This document shows positions 27,939-41,919 of a stretch of DNA of 64,000 bases, one piece after another. The notes beneath the pieces are model-generated. The model saw nothing but the letters and a program-made list of their open reading frames with translations. It made no database searches and was not told the origin of the DNA. Position numbers and translations under genes: made by a program. Each line of letters opens with the position of its first letter. The stretch's first letter is position 1. The stretch comes from Octopus vulgaris (lineage: Eukaryota): NCBI GenBank assembly GCA_951406725.2, contig OX597831.1:83452001-83516000 (forward strand). Direction: 5' to 3'.

Positions 27939-29132
27939 CATACATACATACATACTCACACACACACGCACTTGCATGCGCGCGCACCCCATCAACCACC
28001 TCCACACGCACACACACACACACAAGCACACACACGCACTCACATACACATATATAGTCTATTACCCTGGAGTTAATAGATTTTCTGTCACTCCTTTATT
28101 TCGGAGGAAATTATAAGTTCATGTGAAGCCTTCTTTGTGAGAAACGAACTACGTCATCAATTTATGCTGGGTTATTACCAAAATAGACTTAACATAATAT
28201 ACAGCTAAAAATAGATTCAAGACTGCTTTTGGGTAGTGAGATCCAGTTCTTGCAATTCATCTGTCATGCAAAAGGTCAGAATATCAAAATAGTTTCGGTA
28301 AACATCGACGGTTGAATAATATATAACTTTCTCTAATGAACTGTCATAAGAGAGTTGCCAGTTTCTAATATATGCTTTCATTGCAGGTCGTGATAGATAT
28401 GTTATTTTCGCTCGCTGTCGGCTTGTTTCTATTTAGATTTTTGTCGATAAAAGTTAATTAACTTTTCGGGGAATTCTTCTGAATAAACTATCAGCACTGT
28501 TTTTGTACTGCTGAGTCCAAATACGAATCTGGGTAGAGCTATGATATCTTATTACCTGAATCCACCAGAAGTGCATGGATAGTATTAAGAAAAGACACAC
28601 AATTCGTTTTTATGTGTTGTAATTGTTTAACATAATTAAGTTTCTGTTGGTTAAGTAGAAAGGTTTTTATATTTAAAGAAGGAAAGCGATATGATGTGGC
28701 ATTTCCAAAAGAATTAACGGCAGAAGAGAAGAGAAATAAATTTGATATGTTATAAATTCGTGTTGCTATCGTGTTCCTGCATTATCTACAATGCTCGCCG
28801 TCGGAGCAGGTAAATAAATACATATTCAATGGCTGAGGGAATAGATTGATTCTCTTTGCGTTTTTATGTAGATATATTGAACATTAATGAAACTGTAAAT
28901 TAACAATTAGAGATTGGGATGTATTAGGTCTGGTCAATACTATACGATGGAGGAAGAAAAAACGGGATTGAAAATTTGACTAAATCTAGCAGATGCGTCC
29001 ACGTAGAAGCTTCTTCGTTAGCCTGTTGTTGACGTTGTTGCTGGTCTTCTTGTTGTTTAGCCCCAGGTCAGTCTTGATTCAATCTTCTATTTTAGGCATC
29101 GTGTACTAGAATCGAATTATCTAATAGTTCTT

Positions 29133-29449
29133 TGTTATGGGGATAATAGTAATAATCGAACACCCCTCCCACGTGAAGAATGGTATGTGCTAGTCATTAC
29201 AAATACCGGAATGTCAATCGAATAGACGGTCATAGATAGTCGCATCTTTACTTGTCTAACTGTTATATCGGAGTGGTTGTTATAACAGTCCGACAGAAGA
29301 TTACAACAGTGGCGACGAGGAATTAAGAAACTCACGAGGATTAAATAAACTCACTAGGAGCTTTTTGTGCGAATTTTACGGTATACAAAATCGTAAAATT
29401 ATGGACGAAGTGTTGGACGGTTTGCTCGAGTTGCAGAAACAGCAGCAGC

Positions 29450-29481
<32 letters not shown>

Positions 29482-31382
29482 ATGCTGCAATTTATGAATA
29501 AGTCGTCAAAAAATGCTGAAAAAATGTTCTCGCCAGATTATGTTGCAAACCCAATAACGGAATTTAAATTTGAAGCAGACGAGAGACTTACCTTCGAGGC
29601 GTATTATAGAAGATAGGGACATATCTTCAATAAAGAGTGCAAAGATTGGGATGACGATATGAAAACGCGTCTAACCCTAAGAAAATTGGCAGCAGGAGCA
29701 CATGAGAGTTACAGCAATTGCGTACTCCTGAAAAAACCTTCTGACATAAACTTTAAAAATACAATAGAAATATTGTGTAAAATTTTTAGTGAGAAAAGTT
29801 CAATACACGCTGGAAATGTTTGAATCTAGAAAAGAACAACGATAAGGACTGCATCACATATGCTGGTAGAGTTGACAGAGAATGTGAAGAGTACAAACTG
29901 GATGAGTTAACGCCAGACATGTTCAAGTGTCTGGTAATTACTCAGGGACTAACTGCAAAAAAAGACGCAGAAGTAAGAACAAGAATTCTCGCTAAGCTGG
30001 AACAAATCCAAATTGTAACCTTACAACAACTGTCAGAAGAGTGTGAAAGAATAGTAAATCTAAGGCACGGCACAGAGAAAATTGAATATAAAGATTGATC
30101 GCAAGTGAAACAAGTGCGAAACAGGCAGAAGAGAAATCAAGTGTGTTGTACTAAAATACAGTAGAAACAGGACAAGAATCAGGAAACAAACCCGTATTTT
30201 GTATGTGGAGGTCTACACCAGAGAAAAAATTGCTCTTTAAGAAAGTGCAATGTTTCCGTTGTAGAGAAATGGCATATGAAAAGAGCACTGTAAAACCACG
30301 ATGACAAAACGTTGGAACAAAAAAAAAGAGTAAACAAGATGTCGTCGAAAGAAAATGGTAATGTGAGAAAGGAAAATTGTAAATATGAAAATTGAAAATA
30401 TAAGAGTAAAAATGCAGTTAGACACTGGAAGTGATATTAGCATTGTGAATGAAGAAAGTTGGAAGTATAAAGGTAAGCCGAAATTAAGTAAATCTACAAA
30501 AGTAGCACACAGTGTTACGGGTAAGGCATTGTATTTTGTTGGTGAAATTGTGTGTCATGTGACAGCTCGTGACCAAATGAAAACGGCAAAAGTATATGTG
30601 TTAAAAAATTCAGTAAGTCTCTTCGACACAGAGTGGATGGAACATTTCAAATTGTGGAATACACCCATAAGTGTATTGTCGGGGAATATAGTCGATTCAG
30701 CCGAAGGTTCGAATGCAGTTGAGGGATTAAAACGAAAAATAAAGCTTTTATTTCCAGAGGTTTTCACAGATGAACTGGGCTTCTACACGAAAACGAAGGC
30801 AAAATCTTAGTAAGACAAAGTGCAACACCTGTATTTAAGCCAAAACAGAATGTACCGTATGCGGCGCTAGAACAGGTAAATAAGGAACTTGAAAGACTTG
30901 AAAGCTTAGGAATAATCGAGAAGACGAATCACTCAGATTGGCAGCACCTACGGTCTACGTAAAAAAAGGAAAATAAGTTAAGTGTTTGTGCAAATTTTTC
31001 AACGGGGTTGAATGATTGCTTAATGTCACGTAACTACTCATTGCGGAGTCCTGAGGATGTGTTCGCAAAATTGAATAGAAGGAAATTCTTCAGTTCCATA
31101 TTTAAGACATGAGGAATTATGTACATTATTTACATTATTTACAATTCCTGAAAGAGGATGCCAAATTAAAAATAAAAACATTAAATGTGTAACTATGAAA
31201 TAGAAAAAACTCAAAAGAGGGAGGTGGAGGTGATATAAAAATTATTGCTAATAAAAGAAATAAAATTACACTTCCTTAGAAAATAGAACTTAAAAGGTGA
31301 GACGTTATGGGGATAATAGTAATAATGTACCGCCCCCTTCCACGTGATGAGTGGTATGTGATAGTCATTACAAATACCGGAA
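29133..31382 (+). mobile_element. Internally deleted Gypsy LTR retrotransposon (5' LTR 29133-29308, gag, protease, RT N-terminus, PPT, truncated 3' LTR from 31303)
   Basis: LTR TGTTATGGGGATAATAG...ACA repeated at 31303; gag-like F.F..DE.LTFEAYYRR; protease MQLDTGSDISIVN; RT start PVF.PK.NVPYAALEQV.KELERLE.LGIIEK..SDWAAP; PPT AAAAGGTGAGA 31292-31302. Confidence 0.9.
29310..29321 (+). promoter_or_regulatory. Primer-binding site (tRNA-Ser type)
   Basis: TGGCGACGAGGA 1 nt after the LTR CA end; complementary to a ...UCCUCGUCGCCA tRNA 3' end; tRNA identity is from recall. Confidence 0.75.
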
Positions 31383-31793
31383 AAGAAAATAATAACTCGA
31401 GTGTTTGTCTTAAACAATTACGTGTTCGTAGTTGCTTGCACCATTCCTTTGTTTCTTTCGATGCCCATGCAGTCACGAGTAGATACAAACAACCTCTTGT
31501 TGAACCTCAAATACGCGATGACTGGCGGCAGATCGCCGCTGTGCCTCGACTTGGAATGACAAAAAGCAAAATCGACCGCGACAGGAATTGAACCTTGACC
31601 ATAAAAATCTGGACGTAAAGAAAAAAAAAAATAGAACTACCATTACAAGGAATGTGACACGAACGAATCCAAAGGCCCAGTCGCCGTTAAGATTATTATA
31701 ATTATTTCAGTGGCAGTGTGCACACGAACCACACACACACATATAAACAATTATAAACACACACGCGCGCGCGCACACACGCACGCACACACA

Positions 31794-31838
<45 letters not shown>

Positions 31839-32006
31839 GTTGTGTTATAAACTAGCACCGTTGTCTCCAATGGCAGTTCTATAAATTCACTTGTTCATGT
31901 CTGTGAAGTGCGGAATTTAACCCACCTCCACGGGAAAAGTAAGTATTATTATACTAGCAACCTATCCAAGAGACAATTTGTCCGTAATCTATTTTAAAGT
32001 AAATCC
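31379..32006 (+). repeat. Local duplication, copy 1 (about 630 bp)
   Basis: Near-identical to 33951-34599. Confidence 0.95.
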
Positions 32007-32049
32007 TAAAATGCAAAAGGGTTCTTGCAAGACCACTACAAAAGCTCTT

Positions 32050-33550
32050 CTAGAGGCATATGTTCTATCCATAAGAGAGGTAGCAGAGCAGATGCTAAAA
32101 ATTACGGACCCATCTTTCAAACCTCCCATCTCAGCAAAGTAATGTAACGCATTATCAAGAGAAAACTGATCGCGTTCCTTGAAGATAATGACTTGTTCCC
32201 TGGCACCCAGCATGGTTTCCACTCAGAAAGAAACTGCTTCACACGGCCTTTGTAGCTTAATGACTGTGTGTTGAAGCAACTAATGAATCGCTTAAACATG
32301 AATGTGATAATCTTAACTTTGTAAAGGTCTTTGATAAGGTCGATCACGTGATGATGTCACAAGCTACGGAGGCTTGGCATAGTCGGAAAACTGGAAGAGT
32401 GGTTATATGACTTCTTAAAAGACAGAAACCAAGTTGTGGCAGCCAATGGAGCCCTCTCCAAAGAGACAATTATAGAATGGAGTACCTCGGGGAACTGTAT
32501 TGGGGTCACTACTGTTCATGGTAGCTCTTTCAGACATGCCATCAGTTACAAAGAGACCCACACTTACTAGCTATGTCGGCGACACAAAAGCAGTACAAGC
32601 AATTAAAGAACCTTCTGATGCTAATCTTCTACAGAAAGATCTAGATGCCATATATACATGGACCGAAGAAGACAATATGCAATTAATTTAATGCAGGTAA
32701 TCCCAGGCCCTCTGCTAGCCAGCTAAATGGTGCCCACAAGCTGCAACAATGATACTTTGAACCAAATGGAGCAGCAATCCTAGAATGACATACAGTGCGT
32801 GATTCGGGGATTGATATGAGCAAGGGTGCCTCATTTCACGTACATATCACCAAGCTAGCGGCAATGTGCAGACGAATGACCAGATGGATTCTGAGATCAA
32901 GGGACCAAGAAACTGTTAGCTCTATGGAGGACATTTGTACTCAGCTGTCTGGACAACTGCTCTCAGTTGTGGTCACTCTACAGTGTCAAAGTATTAGCGG
33001 GACTTGGGGCAGTTCAGCGGTACTACACCAGGAAAATTGCATTGATAGAACAGCTAAGCTACTGGAAGAGATTGAAAGAGCCACGACTTTACTCCTTGGA
33101 GCTAAGACAGCAGAGGTACGCAGTGATATACGTATGGAAGATCCTGGAGGGGCTGGCACCAAAATTGGTATCGAGAGTTATATCGGCCCCGAACTGGACG
33201 TCACTGCACTGTTTTCAAAGATCCCAGCTATCTTGTCCAGAGTGAAGACCATGTATGGCAATAGCTTGGGATTTAAGAGCCCACAGTTATTTAACGCCCT
33301 GTCAAAACGTCTGAGAGATCTTCATGAAGTAAGGGGTAGATGTTTGCAAGAAACAGCTTCATCTCTTGCTATCCAAGGTCCTAGATGAACCAGTATCAAA
33401 GCAGGATACTCAAAAGAGGGCAGCAGTGTCGAACTCCCTCCTTCACTAAAACCAATCACATGAGACTGGCCATTAAAAATTTGCTTACAGTAGCGGTGTT
33501 CAAGCATGGCCACAGCCTTAGGGCTGAAACGTATAAATGAATAAAAGAAT
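32050..33550 (+). mobile_element. CR1/L2-like LINE 3' half (decayed RT + tail)
   Basis: TQHGF...CFT, F.KVFDKVDH, W.YDFLKDRNQVVAANG, GVPRGTVLGSLLF, SYVGDTK, YWKRLK..RLYSLE.R..RY..IYVWKILEGL; tail GCGGTGTTCAAGCATGGCCACAGCC..GGCTGAAAC..ATAAAAGAAT. Confidence 0.9.
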
Positions 33551-33950
33551 ATGTATACATACACACACACACACACACACACATGCACACACGTGTGTAT
33601 GTATAAATAAATGTGTGTGTGTATATATATATACATGCATACATACATACATACATATGTGTATATATATATATATATATCTATATATATATATATATAT
33701 ACATGTGTATGTGTATGAGAAAACATGTACTACAACCAACCGTGTGGTGTCTCATCACCCAATTTTATCTCTGCCGTATGCCCCAGTTTCTAATTCTTTG
33801 TAATTTTTGTCTTTCTTCTCCCATAACGCACACCTTGACTCCATATCTATCAATGTCAAATTTTCCGCTAAGTTTGAGAAAGCCGACATCGTACACCCGC
33901 GAAATCTGTTCAAGCATAAAAGTAAACTTCTTTTTTTTTCTTCAGTATGA

Positions 33951-34364
33951 GGAAAAGAAAATAATAACTCGAGTGTTTGTCTCAAACAATTACGTGTTCG
34001 TAGTTGCTTGCACCATTCCTTTGTTTCTTTCGATGCCCATGCAGTCACGAGTAGATACAAACAACCTCTTGTTGAACCTCAAATACGCGATGACTGGCGG
34101 CAGATCGCCGCTGTGCCTCGACTTGGAATGACAAAAAGCAAAATCGACCGCGACAGGAATTGAACCTTGACCATAAAAATCTGGACGTAAAGAAAAAAAA
34201 AATAGAACTACCATTACCAGGAATGTGACACGAACGAATCCAAAGGCCCAGTCGCCGTTAAGATTATTATAATTATTTCAGTGGCAGTGTGCACACGAAC
34301 CACACACACACATATAAACAATTATAAACACACACGCGCGCGCGCACACACGCACGCACACACA

Positions 34365-34431
<67 letters not shown>

Positions 34432-34599
34432 GTTGTGTTATAAACTAGCACCGTTGTCTCCAATGGCAGTTCTATAAATTCACTTGTTCATGTCTGTGAA
34501 GTGCGGAATTTAACCCACCTCCACGGGAAAAGTAAGTATTATTATACTAGCAACCTATCCAAGAGACAATTTGTCCGTAATCTATTTTAAAGTAAATCC
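33951..34599 (+). repeat. Local duplication, copy 2
   Basis: Near-identical to 31379-32006 with a longer (CA)n. Confidence 0.95.
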
Positions 34600-35530
34600 G
34601 GAATTAAGTAACGAACCAGAAGATCAAGAAGAAATTCGCAGTAAATAAGACTAATAGAATGAAAGAGAGCACGCTCTACCAATATCGAAAGTCCTTGGCA
34701 CTCCATTGTCATCACTGCTAGTATCTACCAATATTTACCCCCATTAATATCACCAACAGATTGCAACGAATCAAATGATTGTGGATTGTGATACACAAGA
34801 GATGTCAGCCATGTGTAGATGCAATTATTTTTGGGTCTACATGAGAGAATTGTTATCTGCCAACTAATGGGGAGATATATCATCTTATATAAACAAAGAT
34901 ATAACGCACACACAAACACACACACACACACACACTCACACATACACACACACTCACACACACACACACACACACACTTCCTGTATCTGTCAGACACCCG
35001 ATCTCGTCATTGTCTGAAGCCCAAACAATCAACTTGCAGCTGATTGCAGACACACATCAACCCCGACCAACAACAACAATGTAATAAACTACCTCCACGC
35101 CGTGCCAGATGGAAGGACTGAACTCCTACAGAAATAACAAACCAAAACAATTACTACAGAAATTTGGGGGAGGGGGAGATAAAAAGTTCTTTATATTTCA
35201 GGGAATGGGTGAGGTACACCATTTCCCTCGCAATAGGGGTAAGTTGTAAACGTGATATAAAATGTAAAATTTGTTGGATTTTGCACAAACATATTTCGGA
35301 TTAAATACGAATGGATCTAATGCAACGTCTCAAGCCCACACGACGACAAACATTACACGCTGCACTTCTCCACAACCTACCTACCTATCTGTCTGCCTGC
35401 CATTTTCTCTTTCTCTTTCTCGTCTCTTTCACTCTCTCTTTTTCTCTCGTTCTGTCTTCCCATACATATACACACACACGCATATGCACACACATATAGT
35501 AGTAGTAGTAGTAGTAGTAGTATATATATA

Positions 35531-35561
<31 letters not shown>

Positions 35562-35967
35562 ATATATTTATAAAGAAGAAGTTTGAAACGCCACAATATA
35601 AGATAAATTTTAATTTTCTCAGAGATTTTACATGTTTCGGTTCTTCTTGAAAAAACGAACCTTATCAAAAATAGTTTTAAAAGTTAAGTGGGATCTTTTC
35701 AATTCTGAAGCCAGGACCACAGATCTTTCTACTTAACTAAATAATCTGAAACTTCGTATGCTGATAGAGTCTAGCAAAACAAGACACAGGTTGGAACTAG
35801 TTTATTTGAGAAAAATCTATTTTATGACTTTAATCGTAGATTAAAACTGCGAATTTTAACCAATCAGATTGTTTGTTTTCATGTGTAAAACTTGACTGCA
35901 TTCTATTAGTGTGACGTAGAAAGCGCTTTTGTGACGTACTAACGTTCGGAAAACTGTAAACAAACAC

Positions 35968-36032
35968 AGAACGTAACGGCAGACGAAATACGGCTACGCA
36001 TTTCGCCCGGCGTGCTAACGTTTCTGCCAGCT
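35968..36032 (-). mobile_element. SINE head fragment nested in the MITE
   Basis: agaacgtaacggcagacgaaatacggctacgcatttcgcccggcgtgctaacgtttctgccagc; matches 51147-51207. Confidence 0.7.
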
Positions 36033-36291
36033 CTTTGCTTTTTTAATATTAAATTTCGGCGAAGTTTCGCTTGTCGTAGCACAAGTTTTCCGTCGATTTC
36101 CGTAAAAAACTTTTATTTTTTTACATAAGTAATGAGAGCGAAAGAGACTAAGAGGAAGCGATTTTATGACGAGGGAAGTTTGTCTTTGAAGTTACCGTCT
36201 AGGGGAAGCATTGATGTACATGTGTGTGTGTGTGTGTGTTTGATGGGGTGTGGGAGACAGTATGTTGTGTAAGTGAAGTGCTTCTGTTAGT

Positions 36292-36603
36292 GTGTGTGAA
36301 GAGACAGAGAGAGTAATGTGTGAAAGAGAGAGATAACTGAAATTTTTTACTCGGTGTATGTGTATATGTATGTCTGCATGTATGTGTGTGTGTGTATGTA
36401 TCTATGTATGTATGGCCGATTCATTGTAATTACGATGAATCGGCCATACATACATACACACACACACATACATACACACACACACATACTTACACATACA
36501 TACACACACACATACATGCAGACATACATATACACATACACCGAGTAAAAAATTTCAGTTATCTCTCTCTTTCACACATTACTCTCTCTGTCTCTTCACA
36601 CAC
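36292..36603. repeat. Spacerless palindrome inside the MITE
   Basis: Arms identical apart from microsatellite length; centre ATTCATTGTAA|TTACGATGAAT. Confidence 0.9.
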
Positions 36604-37022
36604 GTTAAATAATTAGAAGGATGCGCTTGTTTACATTTAAGATGTTTAATACGTCACGAAATTGGTGGTCGAGACGGAGTAAATAAAATAAAGCCGAATG
36701 ACGGAATATCATTGGTTAAAATTCTAATTATTAAACAACGTTAAACTTAGAAGTTACAATTCCGTTTTCATTCTGGTTTACAATAAAGTTTACTTTTGAC
36801 ACATTCTACCAGTATACGAAGTTTCAAATTGTTTGGTTCAGTAGGAAAAATTTGAAAAAACTGGCTTCAGAATAGAAAAGATCCGTTAAGTGTAATAAAA
36901 AAGTTCATAATTGTTTCTTACTAGTCTCAACAGAGTTCACGTGGTGGTGTTTTGAGTGGGGGACCATAATGGCTGTCTTGTACGTTGACTAGAATCGATG
37001 GCTGTATTAGTGACCGTTGGCC

Positions 37023-37272
37023 GTAATAGCAGTAGTAGCAGAGACCGTTGGTCGTAGTAGTAGTAGTAGTGACCGTGGTGGTGGTAGTGGTGGCTGGAGT
37101 TGTAGCAGCAGTTCAGTGGCTGTAGCAGCAGCAGCAGAAGCAACAGCAGCAGCAGAAGCAGCAGCAGCAGTGGAAGTGGCTGTTGGTTGTAATAGCAACT
37201 CCAACCACCACTACCACCACGGTCACTACTACTACTACTACGACCAACAGTTTCTTCCACTGCTGCTATTAC
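37023..37272. repeat. Imperfect inverted repeat built from trinucleotide repeats
   Basis: 37023-37102 pairs with about 37197-37272 around a (GCA)n spacer. Confidence 0.85.
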
Positions 37273-37609
37273 ACACAAACTGGCACCTTCTCACGAAGGA
37301 AAGCCTTTGTTGCTTATGACCCATGACATGGTACAGAATCTTGGATAAGCACCACATTGTCAAGCTGAAAGTTCTGCTCCATCGAAGGTAACAGTTCTTC
37401 AGGATGTCCAGATACTCCAGGCGCAGGAGTGGGTGTGTAGGTGCAGGGGTAGCTGTGTACGTGCAGGAGTGTTCATATTGTGGATAATGTAATTCAATGA
37501 TGATTGAGTTGCTTGAGGGTGATTCTGTCTCTTAAACCTATCTATTTATATATATATATATACATATATATACTCACGGCATCCCTTTTACCAGAAATGT
37601 AAAGATATT

Positions 37610-37915
37610 GGTACCAAATTTTTGGGCGCGAGGTAAGCAATTTCTGAAGGCTGAAAGGCGAAGTCATCCCAGCCGGAATTTGATTTCAGAATATAAGCAC
37701 AGACAAATACTGCTAAGCTTTTCGCCCGGCGTGCTAACGATTCTGCCAGCTTGTCACCTTAAGATATGCAGAAATATTCTTTTTTATCCTAGGCACAAGG
37801 CCCGAAATTTTGGCGGAGGGGCCAGTTGATTAGATCAACCCCAGTACGCAACTGGTACTTAGTTTATCGACCCCGAAAGGATGAAATACAAACTCGACCT
37901 CGGCGGAATTTGAAG
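37610..37915 (-). mobile_element. Two SINE fragments (18430 family)
   Basis: cgcccggcgtgctaacgattctgccagc head; ctggtacttagtttatcgaccccgaaaggatgaaa core. Confidence 0.75.
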
Positions 37916-39270
37916 AAATGTAGAAATATTAAAGAGTTGGTAACTTCTTCTCATGGCAGTTATTAAAGGAACAATTTAAAAGTGGCTCGATGTGTATCAA
38001 TCAGATTTTATTAAGGACAACGTTAACTCAAATTGCTGATTATTTGCTGTTGTTTTGTAGACTAATTTATCATATATGATAATAATTTGTAGATTAACAG
38101 TTGCATTTGTATTGACTCCTTATAAAGTTTTCTTGAATCCATCTAATAATTTCTAGGACAACATAACCTTTTAAATTTCCGACAAAGATGATTTGAATGT
38201 AGGGATCCCAAATTCCTGCTGCTACTACTACTACTACTACTGCTACTTCTTCTTCTAATGCCATCTTGCTGCTGTTTACGTCACGAGTTTTCAAAAGAAA
38301 TCGATTTTTACTGCCGTTCAAATTTAATATTTGTTTTATGATTAAGCAAAATGTTTGCTGCTCAATTATTATTCTTCAACTCCCTGAGGTTAGCTCTGGC
38401 TTCCATCTTTCTAGTCTCGACAAAATAAAGTACCAGTCCCTAAAAGGATCGAGTTAATGACTTCCACTTTCTCAGAAATGTTTGTGTCCTGGTGAGAGGT
38501 GACTGCCACGGCTAGATTGATTATATTTACTAACATCTCTTCATGAACTTCAGTTCCAGTTGAGATGGTTTCGTCACCTCTCCAATGTCTATAAACGAAT
38601 TACTTGTTGATTATTTAACCATACTTATTAATATCTGGGTTGATCCAATTAACGATAATTCTTCCATGCCATGTTGAGTATCATTATAAGTTCTAAAAAA
38701 AAACCCATTTGCTTCCAAATCTGCCAATTTGGAGGACATGTAAGTGCCATCAGTCAGATGTACTTAAGAAGGGTGGTCTGTCTCAACACGTGAGTCCATA
38801 GATAGTTAAACTGGGGAAATATGGCGAAAGACTGCTACCCACTGCGGGATGGATTTTATTCGAGTGGATTTCGGAGTTCCTCGAGCTGCTTTTCGTTTGA
38901 CAGGAAGGCTAAGAAGCTATTCTCAGACTGGTACCTATGGCTAAAGGGCAAAACAGGTGGATGAGGCTAAAAGGTGTTGAGAACATTTAAAGTGGTATTG
39001 AGAATGCAGAGAGAGGGAAGAACTACACTTTAGTAAATAAAAGTTGCACAACTTTAAGTTGAATGAAAGAACCGATTCTGGGAGAGGAAATTCGAGAGAT
39101 AAGCACAGACAGAGAATGATTGAGTTTTGTGCTAGCATTTTGTCGCATGTTAGCCATTGGATGTCTATTTAGAGAGGGTTGTACCCAACTGTGAGCCGAA
39201 TATTCTAACCACTAAATCGCCATGCATACATACATACATACATACATACATACATACATACATACATACA

Positions 39271-39825
39271 TGGTGGCTGCCCCCTCGTTATCGAGTATGG
39301 CCATTGCACGAAGCTTAATCAATGTTGTTATCGTGCAATGCCTGTGCAAGAAGATTTTTTTTAAAGTGAGGAAAGGCTGTGCACTGAGTCAATCCCACTC
39401 ACTAAGCAACAGCAGCCATAATCCGAAAAGAAGAACAAGTCAACATCATCAGTAACCACTGAGCCGCAGGTTTTATGTCGGAGTTATCCCAGTTACCTGA
39501 GTTACCTTCTCCTAGAGGGATGCCCTACCAAAGGCTAGGAGTCCTTCACGCCCAGTGGTTTAACTGCGCGATCGGGTATTCAGTCCGATTATTTCTATGT
39601 CCCCGCGCATGATACATCCTTAAGACATTTATTGGATGGCCGTTGACTCTCAAGAGTTCCTCCGCCCTTTGACGGGTTTTGTTTTTCATCCCGCAGAGTG
39701 TCCAATAAACACCTTCCTCACCAAGCAAGCTTGGTGGGGTTGCCGGTTTAGTCGCCGACGACCCGACCATGCAACAGGTTGTACTGGGTTACATGTTACC
39801 AGTAGCACTCGAAAGTGACCTGACA
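39271..39825 (-). mobile_element. RTE-type non-autonomous retroelement copy 2
   Basis: Reverse complement of 59533-60086; (CATA)n on both sides. Confidence 0.85.
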
Positions 39826-40417
39826 TACATACATACATACATACATACATACATACATAATTACATACATACATACATACATGCATGCATGCATACATAC
39901 ATACATACATACATACATACATACATACATACATACATACATACATACATACATACATACATACATACAAACGAAGGTACTGTGGATAAAGATAGAGTGA
40001 CCCAAGAATATTACATCAGACTAAGAAACATAATGCTTAGGATGTTGCATTCATAATCGTAGGCTCGTGGTTTCCATCCCTGGAGCATCTCGTGTGTCGT
40101 TTTCTTGACCAAAATACTTCGTTTCATGTTGCTTTAATCCATTCAGTAGCAAGACTCCGCGAAACCGCGATTACGATCCAATGGCTCATGAAGGACCTTT
40201 CGTGGACTCTCCCTCCGACTTCGACTTATGAGTGCGCAGTCATTCCATAAGCTACCCCCCCACACACACACACACTCCTACTACATTAATTCACATGTGT
40301 CAACGGGATTTAACGTCATCTTCATTGAAATATTTAAGAAATGCAAATTTGAGTTTTTCTTTTCATATTAAAAATCATTCCATGGTTTATAGAGCGAATC
40401 TATGTGGTTAAAGGCAT

Positions 40418-40765
<348 letters not shown>

Positions 40766-41235
40766 GTAAATGTAGAGATTTGAGTCAATTAAAACCTATC
40801 ATTTACATATCTCGGCGATGTGCTAAAGCAATGCGCTGCCTTTGAATTTCTAATTAACATTCTTACTAAACCTGCTTTCCGCTAATATGCATCATTAAAA
40901 TCTATAATTTTATGTGCAGTTACCAGAATTCCACACAACCAGATTATTTGGAGGGATGCAGCTCTCAAGTAGAAGTGAAGAACCTTTTAAATAGTGTCGC
41001 TAACAATTTGTTTGCTAGTTAATTATTGTAACCAGTTTCTGGATTTCATGGAAGTTTTGAAGAAGGAACAGTGTTAGAAAGAATATATGAACACCATCAT
41101 TATTACGATAAAATGCACACGCGTTGTGCTTAGAGCAGAAAGGACTATTACAGTGATATGTAATACTGTGCAACTCATCGAATTTGTAATATTTAATTGA
41201 GCTGTATTACAAATTCGATGTAATTCGATGAACTG

Positions 41236-41506
41236 TGTGAAAGCGTGTGGCCTGGTGATTAGGCTGTTTCACTCACAATCGCTAGATCGTGGGTTCGATT
41301 CCCTGACTGGGCAGTGCATTGTGTTCTTGGGCAAAGCACTTCATTTCACGTTGCTCCAGTCTCCCTTTCGATCAGGAGGGGGGAATGTTGGCCTGCTCGC
41401 CTAGCCAGCGGGGTGGTGTCATTTGAAGGCTAAAACAATGCAAAAACGCATTGTGGCCAGCGATGTGTAACAACATCTGATAATCTGGTCGGTCATGTGA
41501 TCACGT
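41236..41506 (+). mobile_element. tRNA-derived SINE
   Basis: A-box TGGCCTGGTGA, B-box GGTTCGATTCC, and TGTGTTCTTGGGCAAAGCACTTCATTTCACGTTGCTCCAGTC shared with the 55183 SINE. Confidence 0.8.
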
Positions 41507-41919
41507 AAACTGAGCTGTAGTTATTAAATCGAATCAAACTAGATTAGGGAAACAAATACGTCACACACACATTCGTACACACGCGCGCACGTGATGGACT
41601 CTCCCGTCGGTTCCAACCAATGAGAATCCAACAACTTACACTTTCTTTCTCAGTCATAATGTTTATGTCAAATGTGACATTTGAGTCTTGCCAACGATTT
41701 GCAAAGATCCCCATAGATGTTGCAATTATGAGGATTACGGGTCACTGCTGGCGGTATATTTACAGCTGCTTTTCTCATTTGCCTCGCAACCCTAAGCCTG
41801 TTAATGTTGGCTGAAGCAACGTTTCTTATACCATTTCGAGACGAAGATTTCCATTTTGTTCGCTCCAAGGAGTTGTGAGTTCTATTAACCCTAACCATAA
41901 ACACACATACATACAAATG

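Larger units (their letters stand above)
35691..36884. mobile_element. Non-autonomous DNA transposon with GGATC-starting TIRs and 8-bp TSD (Merlin/MULE-like)
   Basis: GGATCTTTTCAATTCTGAAGCCAG vs CTGGCTTCAGAATAGAAAAGATCC; TSD GTTAAGTG at 35683-35690 and 36885-36892. Confidence 0.85.
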
